Assembly (NCBI GenBank): GCA_043228905.1
Contig: JBHGNT010000101.1
Span: 1-64,000, forward strand
DNA from: Azolla caroliniana
Lineage: Eukaryota > Plantae > Polypodiophyta
Reading direction: 5' to 3'
Length of the DNA: 64,000 nt
Shown: piece by piece, positions 40,147 to 53,500 of the stretch
Numbering within the stretch: the stretch's first letter is position 1
How the letters are laid out: each line of letters starts with the position of its first letter
Program-made: the position numbers and the translations under genes
Notes under the pieces: model-generated
What the model saw: the letters and a program-made list of their open reading frames with translations, nothing else
Told to the model about the DNA's origin: nothing
Databases searched by the model: none

Positions 40147-43100
40147 AAATTAAAATGTTCATACCTCGCTCGTGTGATATCAGATTTTTGTGTTCAAACA
40201 TGAGAATCGAAGCTAACAACGCTAGCTATGATATGGAATTAGAAAATCAAGATTTTGAAACTCAGGTCGAGAGACATGACGAAAATACCAAATTTGAGGA
40301 GTGAGTTAAGAAGAGCTATGAGTTAAATTAAAATGTTCATACCTGGCTCGTGTGATATCGGATTTTTGTGTTCAAACATGCGAATCGAAGCTAACAATGC
40401 TAGCTATGATATGGAGTTAAAAAATCAAGATTTTGAAACTCAGGTCGGAAGACATGACGAGATTACCAAATTTGAGGAGTGAGTTAAGAAGAGCTATGAG
40501 TTAAATTAAAATGTTCATACCTGGCTCGTGTGATATCGGATTTTTGTGTTCAAACATGCGAATCGAAGCTAACAACGCTAGCTATGATATGGAATTAGAA
40601 AGTCAAGATTTTAAAACTCAGGTCGAGAGACATGACGAAAATACCAAATTTGAGGAGTGAGTTAAGAAGAGCTATGAGTTAAATTAAAATGTTCATACCT
40701 GGCTCGTGTGATATCGGATTTTTGTGTTCAAACATGCGAATCGAACCTAACAATGCTAGCTATGATATGGAGTTAAAAAATCAAGATTTTGAAACTCAGG
40801 TCGCGAGACATGACGAAATTACCAAATTTGAGGAGTGAGTTAAGAAGAGCTATGAGTTAAATTAAAATGTTCATACCTGGCTCGTGTGATATCGGATTTT
40901 TGTGTTCAAACATGCGAATCGAAGCTAACAACGCTAGCTATGATATGGAATTAGAAAATCAAGATTTTGAAACTCAGGTCGAGAGACATGATGAGATTAC
41001 CAAATTTGAGCAGTGAGTTGAGAGAAGCCCTTGAGTAAATTAAAATGTTCATACCTGGCTCGTGTGATATCAGAATTTTGTGTTCAAACATGTGAGTCGA
41101 AGCTAACAATGCTAGCTATGATATGGAGTTAAAAAATCAAGATTTTGAAACTCAGGTCGAGAGACATAACGAAATTACCAAATTTGAGGAGTGAGTTAAG
41201 AAGAGCTATGAGTTAAATTAAAATGTTCATACCTGGCTCGTGTGATATCGGATTTTTGTGTTCAAACATGCGAATCGAACCTAACAACGCTAGCTATGAT
41301 ATGGAATTAAAAAATCAAGATTTTGAAACTCAGGTCGAGAGACATGATGAGATTACCAAATTTGAGGAGTGAGTTGAGAGAAGCCCTTGAGTAAATTAAA
41401 ATGTTCATACCTGGCTCGTGTGATATCGGATTTTTGTGTTCAAACATGAGAATCGAAGCTAACAACGCTAGCTATGATATGGAATTAGAAAATCAAGATT
41501 TTGAAACTCAGGTCGAGAGACATGATGAGATTACCAAATTTGAGGAGTGAGTTGAGAGAAGCCCTTGAGTAAATTAAAATGTGAATACCTGGCTCGTGTG
41601 ATATCGGATTTTTGTGTTCAAACATGTGAATCGAAGCTAACAACGCTAGCTATGATATGGAATTAAAAAATCAAGATTTTGAAACTCAGGTCGAGAGACA
41701 TGATGAGATTACCAAATTTGAGGAGTGAGTTAAGAGAAGCCCTTCAGTAAATTAAAATGTTCATACCTGGCTCGTGTGATATCGGATTTTTGTGTTCAAA
41801 CATGCGAATCGAAGCTAACAACGCTAGCTATGATATGGAATTAGAAAATCAAGATTTTGAAACTCAGGTCGAGAGACATGATGAGATTACCAAATTTGAG
41901 GACTGAGTTGAGAGAAGCCCTTGAGTAAATTAAAATGTTCATACCTGGCTCGTGTGATATCAGAATTTTGTGTTCAAACATGTGAGTCGAAGCTAACATT
42001 GCTAGCTATGATATGGAGTTAAAAAATCAAGATTTTGAAACTCAGGTCGAGAGCCACGACGAAATTACCAAATTTGAGGAGTGAGTTAAGAAGAGCTATG
42101 AGTTAAATTAAAATGTTCATACCTGGCTCGTGTGATATCGGATTTTTGTGTTCAAGCATGCAAATCGAAGCTAACTACGCTAGCTATGATATGGAATTAA
42201 AAAATCAAGATTTTGAAACTCCGGTCGAGAGACATGATGAGATTACCAAATTTGAGGACTGAGTTGAGAGAAGCCCTTGAGTAAATTAAAATGTTCATAC
42301 CTGGCTCGTGTGATATCAGATTTTTGTGTTCAAACATGGGAATCGAAGCTAACAACGCTAGCTATGATATGGAATTAAAAAATCAAGATTTTGAAACTCA
42401 GGTCGAGAGACATGATGAGATTACCAAATTTGAGGAGTGAGTTGAGAGAAGCCCTTGAGTAAATTAAAATGTTCATACCTGGCTCGTGTGATATCGGATT
42501 TTTGTGTTCAAACATGCGAATCGAAGCTAACAATGCTAGCTATGATATGGAATTAAAAAATCAAGATTTTGAAACTCAGGTCGAGAGACATGATGAGATT
42601 ACCAAATTTGAGGAGTGAGTTGAGAGAAGCCCTTGAGTAAATTAAAATGTTCATACCTGGCTCGTGTGATATCGGATTTTTGTGTTCAAACATGAGAATC
42701 GAAGCTAACAACGCTAGCTATGATATGGAATTAGAAAATCAAGATTTTGAAACTCAGGTCGAGAGACATGACGAAAATACCAAATTTGAGGAGTGAGTTA
42801 AGAAGAGCTATGAGTTAAATTAAAATGTTCATACCTGGCTCGTGTGATATCGGATTTTTGTGTTCAAACATGCGAATCGAACCTAACAATGCTAGCTATG
42901 ATATGGAGTTAAAAAATCAAGATTTTGAAACTCAGGTCGAGAGACATGATGAGATTACCAAATTTGAGGACTGAGTTGAGAGAAGCCCTTGAGTAAATTA
43001 AAATGTTCATACCTGGCTCGTGTGATATCAGATTTTTGTGTTCAAACATGAGAATCGAAGCTAACAACGCTAGCTATGATATGGAATTAGAAAATCAAGA

Positions 43101-46100
43101 TTTTGAAACTCAGGTCGAGAGACATGACGAAAATACCAAATTTGAGGAGTGAGTTAAGAAGAGCTATGAGTTAAATTAAAATGTTCATACCTGGCTCGTG
43201 TGATATCGGATTTTTGTGTTCAAACATGCGAATCGAAGCTAACAATGCTAGCTATGATATGGAGTTAAAAAATCAAGATTTTGAAACTCAGGTCGGAAGA
43301 CATGACGAGATTACCAAATTTGAGGAGTGAGTTAAGAAGAGCTATGAGTTAAATTAAAATGTTCATACCTGGCTCGTGTGATATCGGATTTTTGTGTTCA
43401 AACATGCGAATCGAAGCTAACAACGCTAGCTATGATATGGAATTAGAAAGTCAAGATTTTAAAACTCAGGTCGAGAGACATGACGAAAATACCAAATTTG
43501 AGGAGTGAGTTAAGAAGAGCTATGAGTTAAATTAAAATGTTCATACCTGGCTCGTGTGATATCGGATTTTTGTGTTCAAACATGCGAATCGAACCTAACA
43601 ATGCTAGCTATGATATGGAGTTAAAAAATCAAGATTTTGAAACTCAGGTCGCGAGACATGACGAAATTACCAAATTTGAGGAGTGAGTTAAGAAGAGCTA
43701 TGAGTTAAATTAAAATGTTCATACCTGGCTCGTGTGATATCGGATTTTTGTGTTCAAACATGCGAATCGAAGCTAACAACGCTAGCTATGATATGGAATT
43801 AGAAAATCAAGATTTTGAAACTCAGGTCGAGAGACATGATGAGATTACCAAATTTGAGCAGTGAGTTGAGAGAAGCCCTTGAGTAAATTAAAATGTTCAT
43901 ACCTGGCTCGTGTGATATCAGAATTTTGTGTTCAAACATGTGAGTCGAAGCTAACAATGCTAGCTATGATATGGAGTTAAAAAATCAAGATTTTGAAACT
44001 CAGGTCGAGAGACATAACGAAATTACCAAATTTGAGGAGTGAGTTAAGAAGAGCTATGAGTTAAATTAAAATGTTCATACCTGGCTCGTGTGATATCGGA
44101 TTTTTGTGTTCAAACATGCGAATCGAACCTAACAACGCTAGCTATGATATGGAATTAAAAAATCAAGATTTTGAAACTCAGGTCGAGAGACATGATGAGA
44201 TTACCAAATTTGAGGAGTGAGTTGAGAGAAGCCCTTGAGTAAATTAAAATGTTCATACCTGGCTCGTGTGATATCGGATTTTTGTGTTCAAACATGAGAA
44301 TCGAAGCTAACAACGCTAGCTATGATATGGAATTAGAAAATCAAGATTTTGAAACTCAGGTCGAGAGACATGATGAGATTACCAAATTTGAGGAGTGAGT
44401 TGAGAGAAGCCCTTGAGTAAATTAAAATGTGAATACCTGGCTCGTGTGATATCGGATTTTTGTGTTCAAACATGTGAATCGAAGCTAACAACGCTAGCTA
44501 TGATATGGAATTAAAAAATCAAGATTTTGAAACTCAGGTCGAGAGACATGATGAGATTACCAAATTTGAGGAGTGAGTTAAGAGAAGCCCTTCAGTAAAT
44601 TAAAATGTTCATACCTGGCTCGTGTGATATCGGATTTTTGTGTTCAAACATGCGAATCGAAGCTAACAACGCTAGCTATGATATGGAATTAGAAAATCAA
44701 GATTTTGAAACTCAGGTCGAGAGACATGATGAGATTACCAAATTTGAGGACTGAGTTGAGAGAAGCCCTTGAGTAAATTAAAATGTTCATACCTGGCTCG
44801 TGTGATATCAGAATTTTGTGTTCAAACATGTGAGTCGAAGCTAACATTGCTAGCTATGATATGGAGTTAAAAAATCAAGATTTTGAAACTCAGGTCGAGA
44901 GCCACGACGAAATTACCAAATTTGAGGAGTGAGTTAAGAAGAGCTATGAGTTAAATTAAAATGTTCATACCTGGCTCGTGTGATATCGGATTTTTGTGTT
45001 CAAGCATGCAAATCGAAGCTAACTACGCTAGCTATGATATGGAATTAAAAAATCAAGATTTTGAAACTCCGGTCGAGAGACATGATGAGATTACCAAATT
45101 TGAGGACTGAGTTGAGAGAAGCCCTTGAGTAAATTAAAATGTTCATACCTGGCTCGTGTGATATCAGATTTTTGTGTTCAAACATGGGAATCGAAGCTAA
45201 CAACGCTAGCTATGATATGGAATTAAAAAATCAAGATTTTGAAACTCAGGTCGAGAGACATGATGAGATTACCAAATTTGAGGAGTGAGTTGAGAGAAGC
45301 CCTTGAGTAAATTAAAATGTTCATACCTGGCTCGTGTGATATCGGATTTTTGTGTTCAAACATGAGAATCGAAGCTAACAACGCTAGCTATGATATGGAA
45401 TTAGAAAATCAAGATTTTGAAACTCAGGTCGAGAGACATGACGAAAATACCAAATTTGAGAAGTGAGTTAAGAAGAGCTATGAGTTAAATTAAAATGTTC
45501 ATACCTGGCTCGTGTGATATCGGATTTTTGTGTTCAAACATGCGAATCGAACCTAACAACGCTAGCTATGATATGGAATTAAAAAATCAAGATTTTGAAA
45601 CTCAGGTCGAGAGACATGATGAGATTACCAAATTTGAGGAGTGAGTTGAGAGAAGCCCTTGAGTAAATTAAAATGTTCATACCTGGCTCGTGTGATATCG
45701 GATTTTTGTGTTCAAACATGAGAATCGAAGCTAACAACGCTAGCTATGATATGGAATTAGAAAATCAAGATTTTGAAACTCAGGTCGAGAGACATGACGA
45801 AAATACCAAATTTGAGGAGTGAGTTAAGAAGAGCTATGAGTTAAATTAAAATGTTCATACCTGGCTCGTGTGATATCGGATTTTTGTGTTCAAACATGCG
45901 AATCGAAGCTAACAATGCTAGCTATGATATGGAGTTAAAAAATCAAGATTTTGAACCTCAGGTCGGAAGACATGACGAGATTACCAAATTTGAGGAGTGA
46001 GTTAAGAAGAGCTATGAGTTAAATTAAAATGTTCATACCTGGCTCGTGTGATATCGGATTTTTGTGTTCAAACATGCGAATCGAAGCTAACAACGCTAGC

Positions 46101-48000
46101 TATGATATGGAATTAGAAAGTCAAGATTTTAAAACTCAGGTCGAGAGACATGACGAAAATACCAAATTTGAGGAGTGAGTTAAGAAGAGCTATGAGTTAA
46201 ATTAAAATGTTCATACCTGGCTCGTGTGATATCGGATTTTTGTGTTCAAACATGCGAATCGAACCTAACAATGCTAGCTATGATATGGAGTTAGAAAATC
46301 AAGATTTTGAAACTCAGGTCGCGAGACATGACGAAATTACCAAATTTGAGGAGTGAGTTAAGAAGAGCTATGAGTTAAATTAAAATGTTCATACCTGGCT
46401 CGTGTGATATCGGATTTTTGTGTTCAAACATGCGAATCGAAGCTAACAACGCTAGCTATGATATGGAATTAGAAAATCAAGATTTTGAAACTCAGGTCGA
46501 GAGACATGATGAGATTACCAAATTTGAGGAGTGAGTTGAGAGAAGCCCTTGAGTAAATTAAAATGTTCATACCTGGCTCGTGTGATATCAGAATTTTGTG
46601 TTCAAACATGTGAGTCGAAGCTAACAATGCTAGCTATGATATGGAGTTAAAAAATCAAGATTTTGAAACTCAGGTCGAGAGACATAACGAAATTACCAAA
46701 TTTGAGGAGTGAGTTAAGAAGAGCTATGAGTTAAATTAAAATGTTCATACCTGGCTCGTGTGATATCGGATTTTTGTGTTCAAACATGCGAATCGAACCT
46801 AACAACGCTAGCTATGATATGGAATTAAAAAATCAAGATTTTGAAACTCAGGTCGAGAGACATGATGAGATTACCAAATTTGAGGAGTGAGTTCAGAGAA
46901 GCCCTTGAGTAAATTAAAATGTTCATACCTGGCTCGTGTGATATCGGATTTTTGTGTTCAAACATGAGAATCGAAGCTAACAACGCTAGCTATGATATGG
47001 AATTAAAAAATCAAGATTTTGAAACTCAGGTCGCGAGACATGACGAAATTACCAAATTTGAGGAGTGAGTTGAGAGAAGCCCTTGAGTAAATTAAAATGT
47101 GAATACCTGGCTCGTGTGATATCGGATTTTTGTGTTCAAACATGTGAATCGAAGCTAACAACGCTAGCTATGATATGGAATTAAAAAATCAAGATTTTGA
47201 AACTCAGGTCGAGAGACATGATGAGATTACCAAATTTGAGGAGTGAGTTAAGAGAAGCCCTTCAGTAAATTAAAATGTTCATACCTGGCTCGTGTGATAT
47301 CGGATTTTTGTGTTCAAACATGCGAATCGAAGCTAACAACGCTAGCTATGATATGGAATTAGAAAATCAAGATTTTGAAACTCAGGTCGAGAGACATGAT
47401 GAGATTACCAAATTTGAGGACTGAGTTGAGAGAAGCCCTTGAGTAAATTAAAATGTTCATACCTGGCTCGTGTGATATCAGAATTTTGTGTTCAAACATG
47501 TGAGTCGAAGCTAACATTGCTAGCTATGATATGGAGTTAAAAAATCAAGATTTTGAAACTCAGGTCGAGAGCCACGACGAAATTACCAAATTTGAGGAGT
47601 GAGTTAAGAAGAGCTATGAGTTAAATTAAAATGTTCATACCTGGCTCGTGTGATATCGGATTTTTGTGTTCAAGCATGCAAATCGAAGCTAACTACGCTA
47701 GCTATGATATGGAATTAAAAAATCAAGATTTTGAAACTCCGGTCGAGAGACATGATGAGATTACCAAATTTGAGGACTGAGTTGAGAGAAGCCCTTGAGT
47801 AAATTAAAATGTTCATACCTGGCTCGTGTGATATCGGATTTTTGTGTTCAAACATGGGAATCGAAGCTAACAACGCTAGCTATGATATGGAATTAAAAAA
47901 TCAAGATTTTGAAACTCAGGTCGAGAGACATGATGAGATTACCAAATTTGAGGAGTGAGTTGAGAGAAGCCCTTGAGTAAATTAAAATGTTCATACCTGG
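40147..48000 (+). repeat. 16-/15-monomer higher-order repeat, ~3 copies (periods 2848 and 2670 bp)
   Basis: tagaaagtcaag at ~40601/43449/46119; gagacataac at 41161/44009/46679; tttgagcagtg at 41011/43859 only. Confidence 0.87.
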
Positions 48001-51000
48001 CTCGTGTGATATCGGATTTTTGTGTTCAAACATGCGAATCGAAGCTAACAACGCTAGCTATGATATGGAATTAAAAAATCAAGATTTTCAAACTCAGGTC
48101 GAGAGACATGATGAGATTACCAAATTTGAGGAGTGAGTTGAGAGAAGCCCTTGAGTAAATTAAAATGTTCATACCTGGCTCGTGTTATATCGGATTTTTG
48201 TGTTCAAACATGCGAATCGAAGCTAACAACGCTAGCTATGATATGGAATTAAAAAATCAAGATTTTCAAACTCAGGTCGAGAGACATGATGAGATTACCA
48301 AATTTGAGGAGTGAGTTGAGAGAAGCCCTTGAGTAAATTAAAATGTTCATACCTGGCTTGTGTGATATCAGAATTTTGTGTTCAAACATGCGAATCGAAG
48401 CTAACAACGCTAGCTATGATATGGAATTAAAAAATCAAGATTTTGAAACTCAGGTCGCGAGACATGACGAAATTACCAAATTTGAGGAGTGAGTTGAGAG
48501 AAGCCCTTGAGTAAATTAAAATGTGAATACCTGGCTCGTGTGATATCGGATTTTTGTGTTCAAACATGTGAATCGAAGCTAACAACGCTAGCTATGATAT
48601 GGAATTAAAAAATCAAGATTTTGAAACTCAGGTCGAGAGACATGATGAGATTACCAAATTTGAGGAGTGAGTTAAGAGAAGCCCTTCAGTAAATTAAAAT
48701 GTTCATACCTGGCTCGTGTGATATCGGATTTTTGTGTTCAAACATGCGAATCGAAGCTAACAACGCTAGCTATGATATGGAATTAAGAAATCAAGATTTT
48801 GAAACTCAGGTCGAGAGACATGATGAGATTACCAAATTTGAGGACTGAGTTAGGAAGAGCTATGAGTTAAATTAAAATGTTCATACCTGGCTCGTGTGAT
48901 ATCGGATTTTTGTGTTCAAACATGAGAATCGAAGATAACAATGCTAGCTATGATATGGAGTTAAAAAATCAAGATTTTGAAACTCAGGTCGGAAGACATG
49001 ACGAGATTACCAAATTTGAGGAGTGAGTTAGGAAGAGCTATGAGTTAAATTAAAATGTTCATACCTGGCTCGTGTGATATGGGATTTTTGTGTTCAAACA
49101 TGCGAATCGAAGCTAACAACGCTAGCTATGATATGGAATTAAAAAATCAAGATTTTCAAACTCAGGTCGAGAGACATGATGAGATTACCAAATTTGAGGA
49201 GTGAGTTGAGAGAAGCCCTTGAGTAAATTAAAATGTTCATACCTGGCTCGTGTGATATCGGATTTTTGTGTTCAAACATGCGAATCGAAGCTAACAACGC
49301 TAGCTATGATATGGAATTAAAAAATCAAGATTTTGAAACTCAGGTCGAGAGACATGATGAGATTACCAAATTTGAGGAGTGAGTTGAGAGAAGCCCTTGA
49401 GTAAATTAAAATGTTTATACCTGGCTCGTGTGATATCGGATTTTTGTGTTCAAACATGCGAATCGAACCTAACAACGCTAGCTATGATATCGAATTAGAA
49501 AATCAAGATTTTGAAACTCAGGTCGAGAGACATGACGAAAATACCAAATTTGAGGAGTGAGTTAAGAAGAGCTATGAGTTAAATTAAAATGTTCATACCT
49601 GGCTCGTGTGATATCGGATTTTTGTGTTCAAACATGCGAATCGAAGCTAACAATGCTAGCTATGATATGGAGTTAAAAAATCAAGATTTTGAAACTCAGG
49701 TCGGAAGACATGACGAGATTACCAAATTTGAGGAGTGAGTTAAGAAGAGCTATGAGTTAAATTAAAATGTTCATACCTGGCTCGTGTGATATCGGATTTT
49801 TGTGTTCAAACATGCGAATCGAAGCTAACAACGCTAGCTATGATATGGAATTAAAAAATCAAGATTTTCAAACTCAGGTCGAGAGACATGATGAGATTAC
49901 CAAATTTGAGGAGTGAGTTGAGAGAAGCCCTTGAGTAAATTAAAATGTTCATACCTGGCTTGTGTGATATCAGAATTTTGTGTTCAAACATGCGAATCGA
50001 AGCTAACAACGCTAGCTATGATATGGAATTAAAAAATCAAGATTTTGAAACTCAGGTCGCGAGACATGACGAAATTACCAAATTTGAGGAGTGAGTTGAG
50101 AGAAGCCCTTGAGTAAATTAAAATGTGAATACCTGGCTCGTGTGATATCGGATTTTTGTGTTCAAACATGTGAATCGAAGCTAACAACGCTAGCTATGAT
50201 ATGGAATTAAAAAATCAAGATTTTGAAACTCAGGTCGAGAGACATGATGAGATTACCAAATTTGAGGAGTGAGTTAAGAGAAGCCCTTCAGTAAATTAAA
50301 ATGTTCATACCTGGCTCGTGTGATATCGGATTTTTGTGTTCAAACATGCGAATCGAAGCTAACAACGCTAGCTATGATATGGAATTAAAAAATCAAGATT
50401 TTCAAACTCAGGTCGAGAGACATGATGAGATTACCAAATTTGAGGACTGAGTTGAGAGAAGCCCTTGAGTAAATTAAAATGTTCATACCTGGCTCGTGTG
50501 ATATCAGAATTTTGTGTTCAAACATGTGAGTCGAAGCTAACATTGCTAGCTATGATATGGAGTTAAAAAATCAAGATTTTGAAACTCAGGTCGAGAGCCA
50601 CGACGAAATTACCAAATTTGAGGAGTGAGTTAAGAAGAGCTATGAGTTAAATTAAAATGTTCATACCTGGCTCGTGTGATATCGGATTTTTGTGTTCAAA
50701 CATGCGAATCGAAGCTAACAATGCTAGCTATGATATGGAGTTAAAAAATCAAGATTTTGAAACTCAGGTCGGAAGACATGACGAGATTACCAAATTTGAG
50801 GAGTGAGTTAAGAAGAGCTATGAGTTAAATTAAAATGTTCATACCTGGCTCGTGTGATATCGGATTTTTGTGTTCAAACATGCGAATCGAAGCTAACAAC
50901 GCTAGCTATGATATGGAATTAAAAAATCAAGATTTTCAAACTCAGGTCGACAGACATGATGAGATTACCAAATTTGAGGAGTGAGTTGAGAGAAGCCCTT

Positions 51001-51004
51001 GAGT

Positions 51005-53500
51005 AAATTAAAATGTTCATACCTGGCTCGTGTGATATCGGATTTTTGTGTTCAAACATGCGAATCGAACCTAACAACGCTAGCTATGATATGGAATTAA
51101 AAAATCAAGATTTTGAAACTCAGGTCGAGAGACATGATGAGATTACCAAATTTGAGGACTGAGTTGAGAGAAGCCCTTGAGTAAATTAAAATGTTCATAC
51201 CTGGCTCGTGTGATATCGGATTTTTGTGTTCAAACATGAGAATCGAAGCTAACAACGCTAGCTATGATATGGAATTAGAAAATCAAGATTTTGAAACTCA
51301 GGTCGAGAGACATGACGAAAATACCAAATTTGAGGAGTGAGTTAAGAAGAGCTATGAGTTAAATTAAAATGTTCATACCTGGCTCGTGTGATATCGGATT
51401 TTTGTGTTCAAGCATGCGAATCGAAGCTAACAATGCTAGCTATGATATGGAGTTAAAAAATCAAGATTTTAAAACTCAGGTCGGAAGACATGACGAGATT
51501 ACCAAATTTGAGGAGTGAGTTAAGAAGAGCTATGAGTTAAATTAAAATGTTCATACCTGGCTCGTGTGATATCGGATTTTTGTGTTCAAACATGCGAATC
51601 GAAGCTAACAATGCTAGCTATGATATGGAATTAAAAAATCAAGATTTTAAAACTCAGGTCGAGAGACATGATGAGATTACCAAATTTGAGGAGTGAGTTG
51701 AGAGAAGCCCTTGAGTAAATTAAAATGTTCATACCTGGCTCGTGTGATATCGGATTTTTGTGTTCAAACATGCGAATCGAAGCTAACAACGCTAGCTATG
51801 ATATGGAATTAAGAAATCAAGATTTTGAAACTCAGGTCGAGAGACATGATGAGATTACCAAATTTGAGGAGTGAGTTAGGAAGAGCTATGAGTTAAATTA
51901 AAATGTTCATACCTGGCTCGTGTGATATCGGATTTTTGTGTTCAAACATGAGAATCGAAGCTAACAATGCTAGCTATGATATGGAGTTAAAAAATCAAGA
52001 TTTTGAAACTCAGGTCGGAAGACATGACGAGATTACCAAATTTGAGGAGTGAGTTAGGAAGAGCTATGAGTTAAATTAAAATGTTCATACCTGGCTCGTG
52101 TGATATCGGATTTTTGTGTTCAAACATGCGAATCGAAGCTAACAACGCTAGCTATGATATGGAATTAAAAAATCAAGATTTTCAAACTCAGGTCGAGAGA
52201 CATGATGAGATTACCAAATTTGAGGAGTGAGTTGAGAGAAGCCCTTGAGTAAATTAAAATGTTCATACCTGGCTCGTGTGATATCGGATTTTTGTGTTCA
52301 AACATGCGAATCGAACCTAACAACGCTAGCTATGATATGGAATTAAAAAATCAAGATTTTGAAACTCAGGTCGAGAGACATGATGAGATTACCAAATTTG
52401 AGGACTGAGTTGAGAGAAGCCCTTGAGTAAATTAAAATGTTCATACCTGGCTCGTGTGATATCGGATTTTTGTGTTCAAACATGAGAATCGAAGCTAACA
52501 ACGCTAGCTATGATATGGAATTAGAAAATCAAGATTTTGAAACTCAGGTCGAGAGACATGACGAAAATACCAAATTTGAGGAGTGAGTTAAGAAGAGCTA
52601 TGAGTTAAATTAAAATGTTCATACCTGGCTCGTGTGATATCGGATTTTTGTGTTCAAGCATGCGAATCGAAGCTAACAATGCTAGCTATGATATGGAGTT
52701 AAAAAATCAAGATTTTAAAACTCAGGTCGGAAGACATGACGAGATTACCAAATTTGAGGAGTGAGTTAAGAAGAGCTATGAGTTAAATTAAAATGTTCAT
52801 ACCTGGCTCGTGTGATATCGGATTTTTGTGTTCAAACATGCGAATCGAAGCTAACAATGCTAGCTATGATATGGAATTAAAAAATCAAGATTTTAAAACT
52901 CAGGTCGAGAGACATGATGAGATTACCAAAATTGAGGAGTGAGTTGAGAGAAGCCCTTGAGTAAATTAAAATGTTCATACCTGGCTCGTGTGATATCGGA
53001 TTTTTGTGTTCAAACATGCGAATCGAAGCTAACAACGCTAGCTATGATATGGAATTAAGAAATCAAGATTTTGAAACTCAGGTCGAGAGACATGATGAGA
53101 TTACCATATTTGAGGAGTGAGTTAGGAAGAGCTATGAGTTAAATTAAAATGTTCATACCTGGCTCGTGTGATATCGGATTTTTGTGTTCAAACATGAGAA
53201 TCGAAGCTAACAATGCTAGCTATGATATGGAGTTAAAAAATCAAGATTTTGAAACTCAGGTCGGAAGACATGACGAGATTACCAAATTTGAGGAGTGAGT
53301 TAGGAAGAGCTATGAGTTAAATTAAAATGTTCATACCTGGCTCGTGTGATATCGGATTTTTGTGTTCAAACATGCGAATCGAAGCTAACAACGCTAGCTA
53401 TGATATGGAATTAAAAAATCAAGATTTTCAAACTCAGGTCGAGAGACATGATGAGATTACCAAATTTGAGGAGTGAGTTGAGAGAAGCCCTTGAGTAAAT
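51005..53500 (+). repeat. 7-monomer (1246-bp) tandem duplication
   Basis: Marker caagcatgcgaa...ggagttaaaaaatcaagattttaaaactcaggtcggaag at ~51411 and ~52657; flanking monomer order is conserved. Confidence 0.83.
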
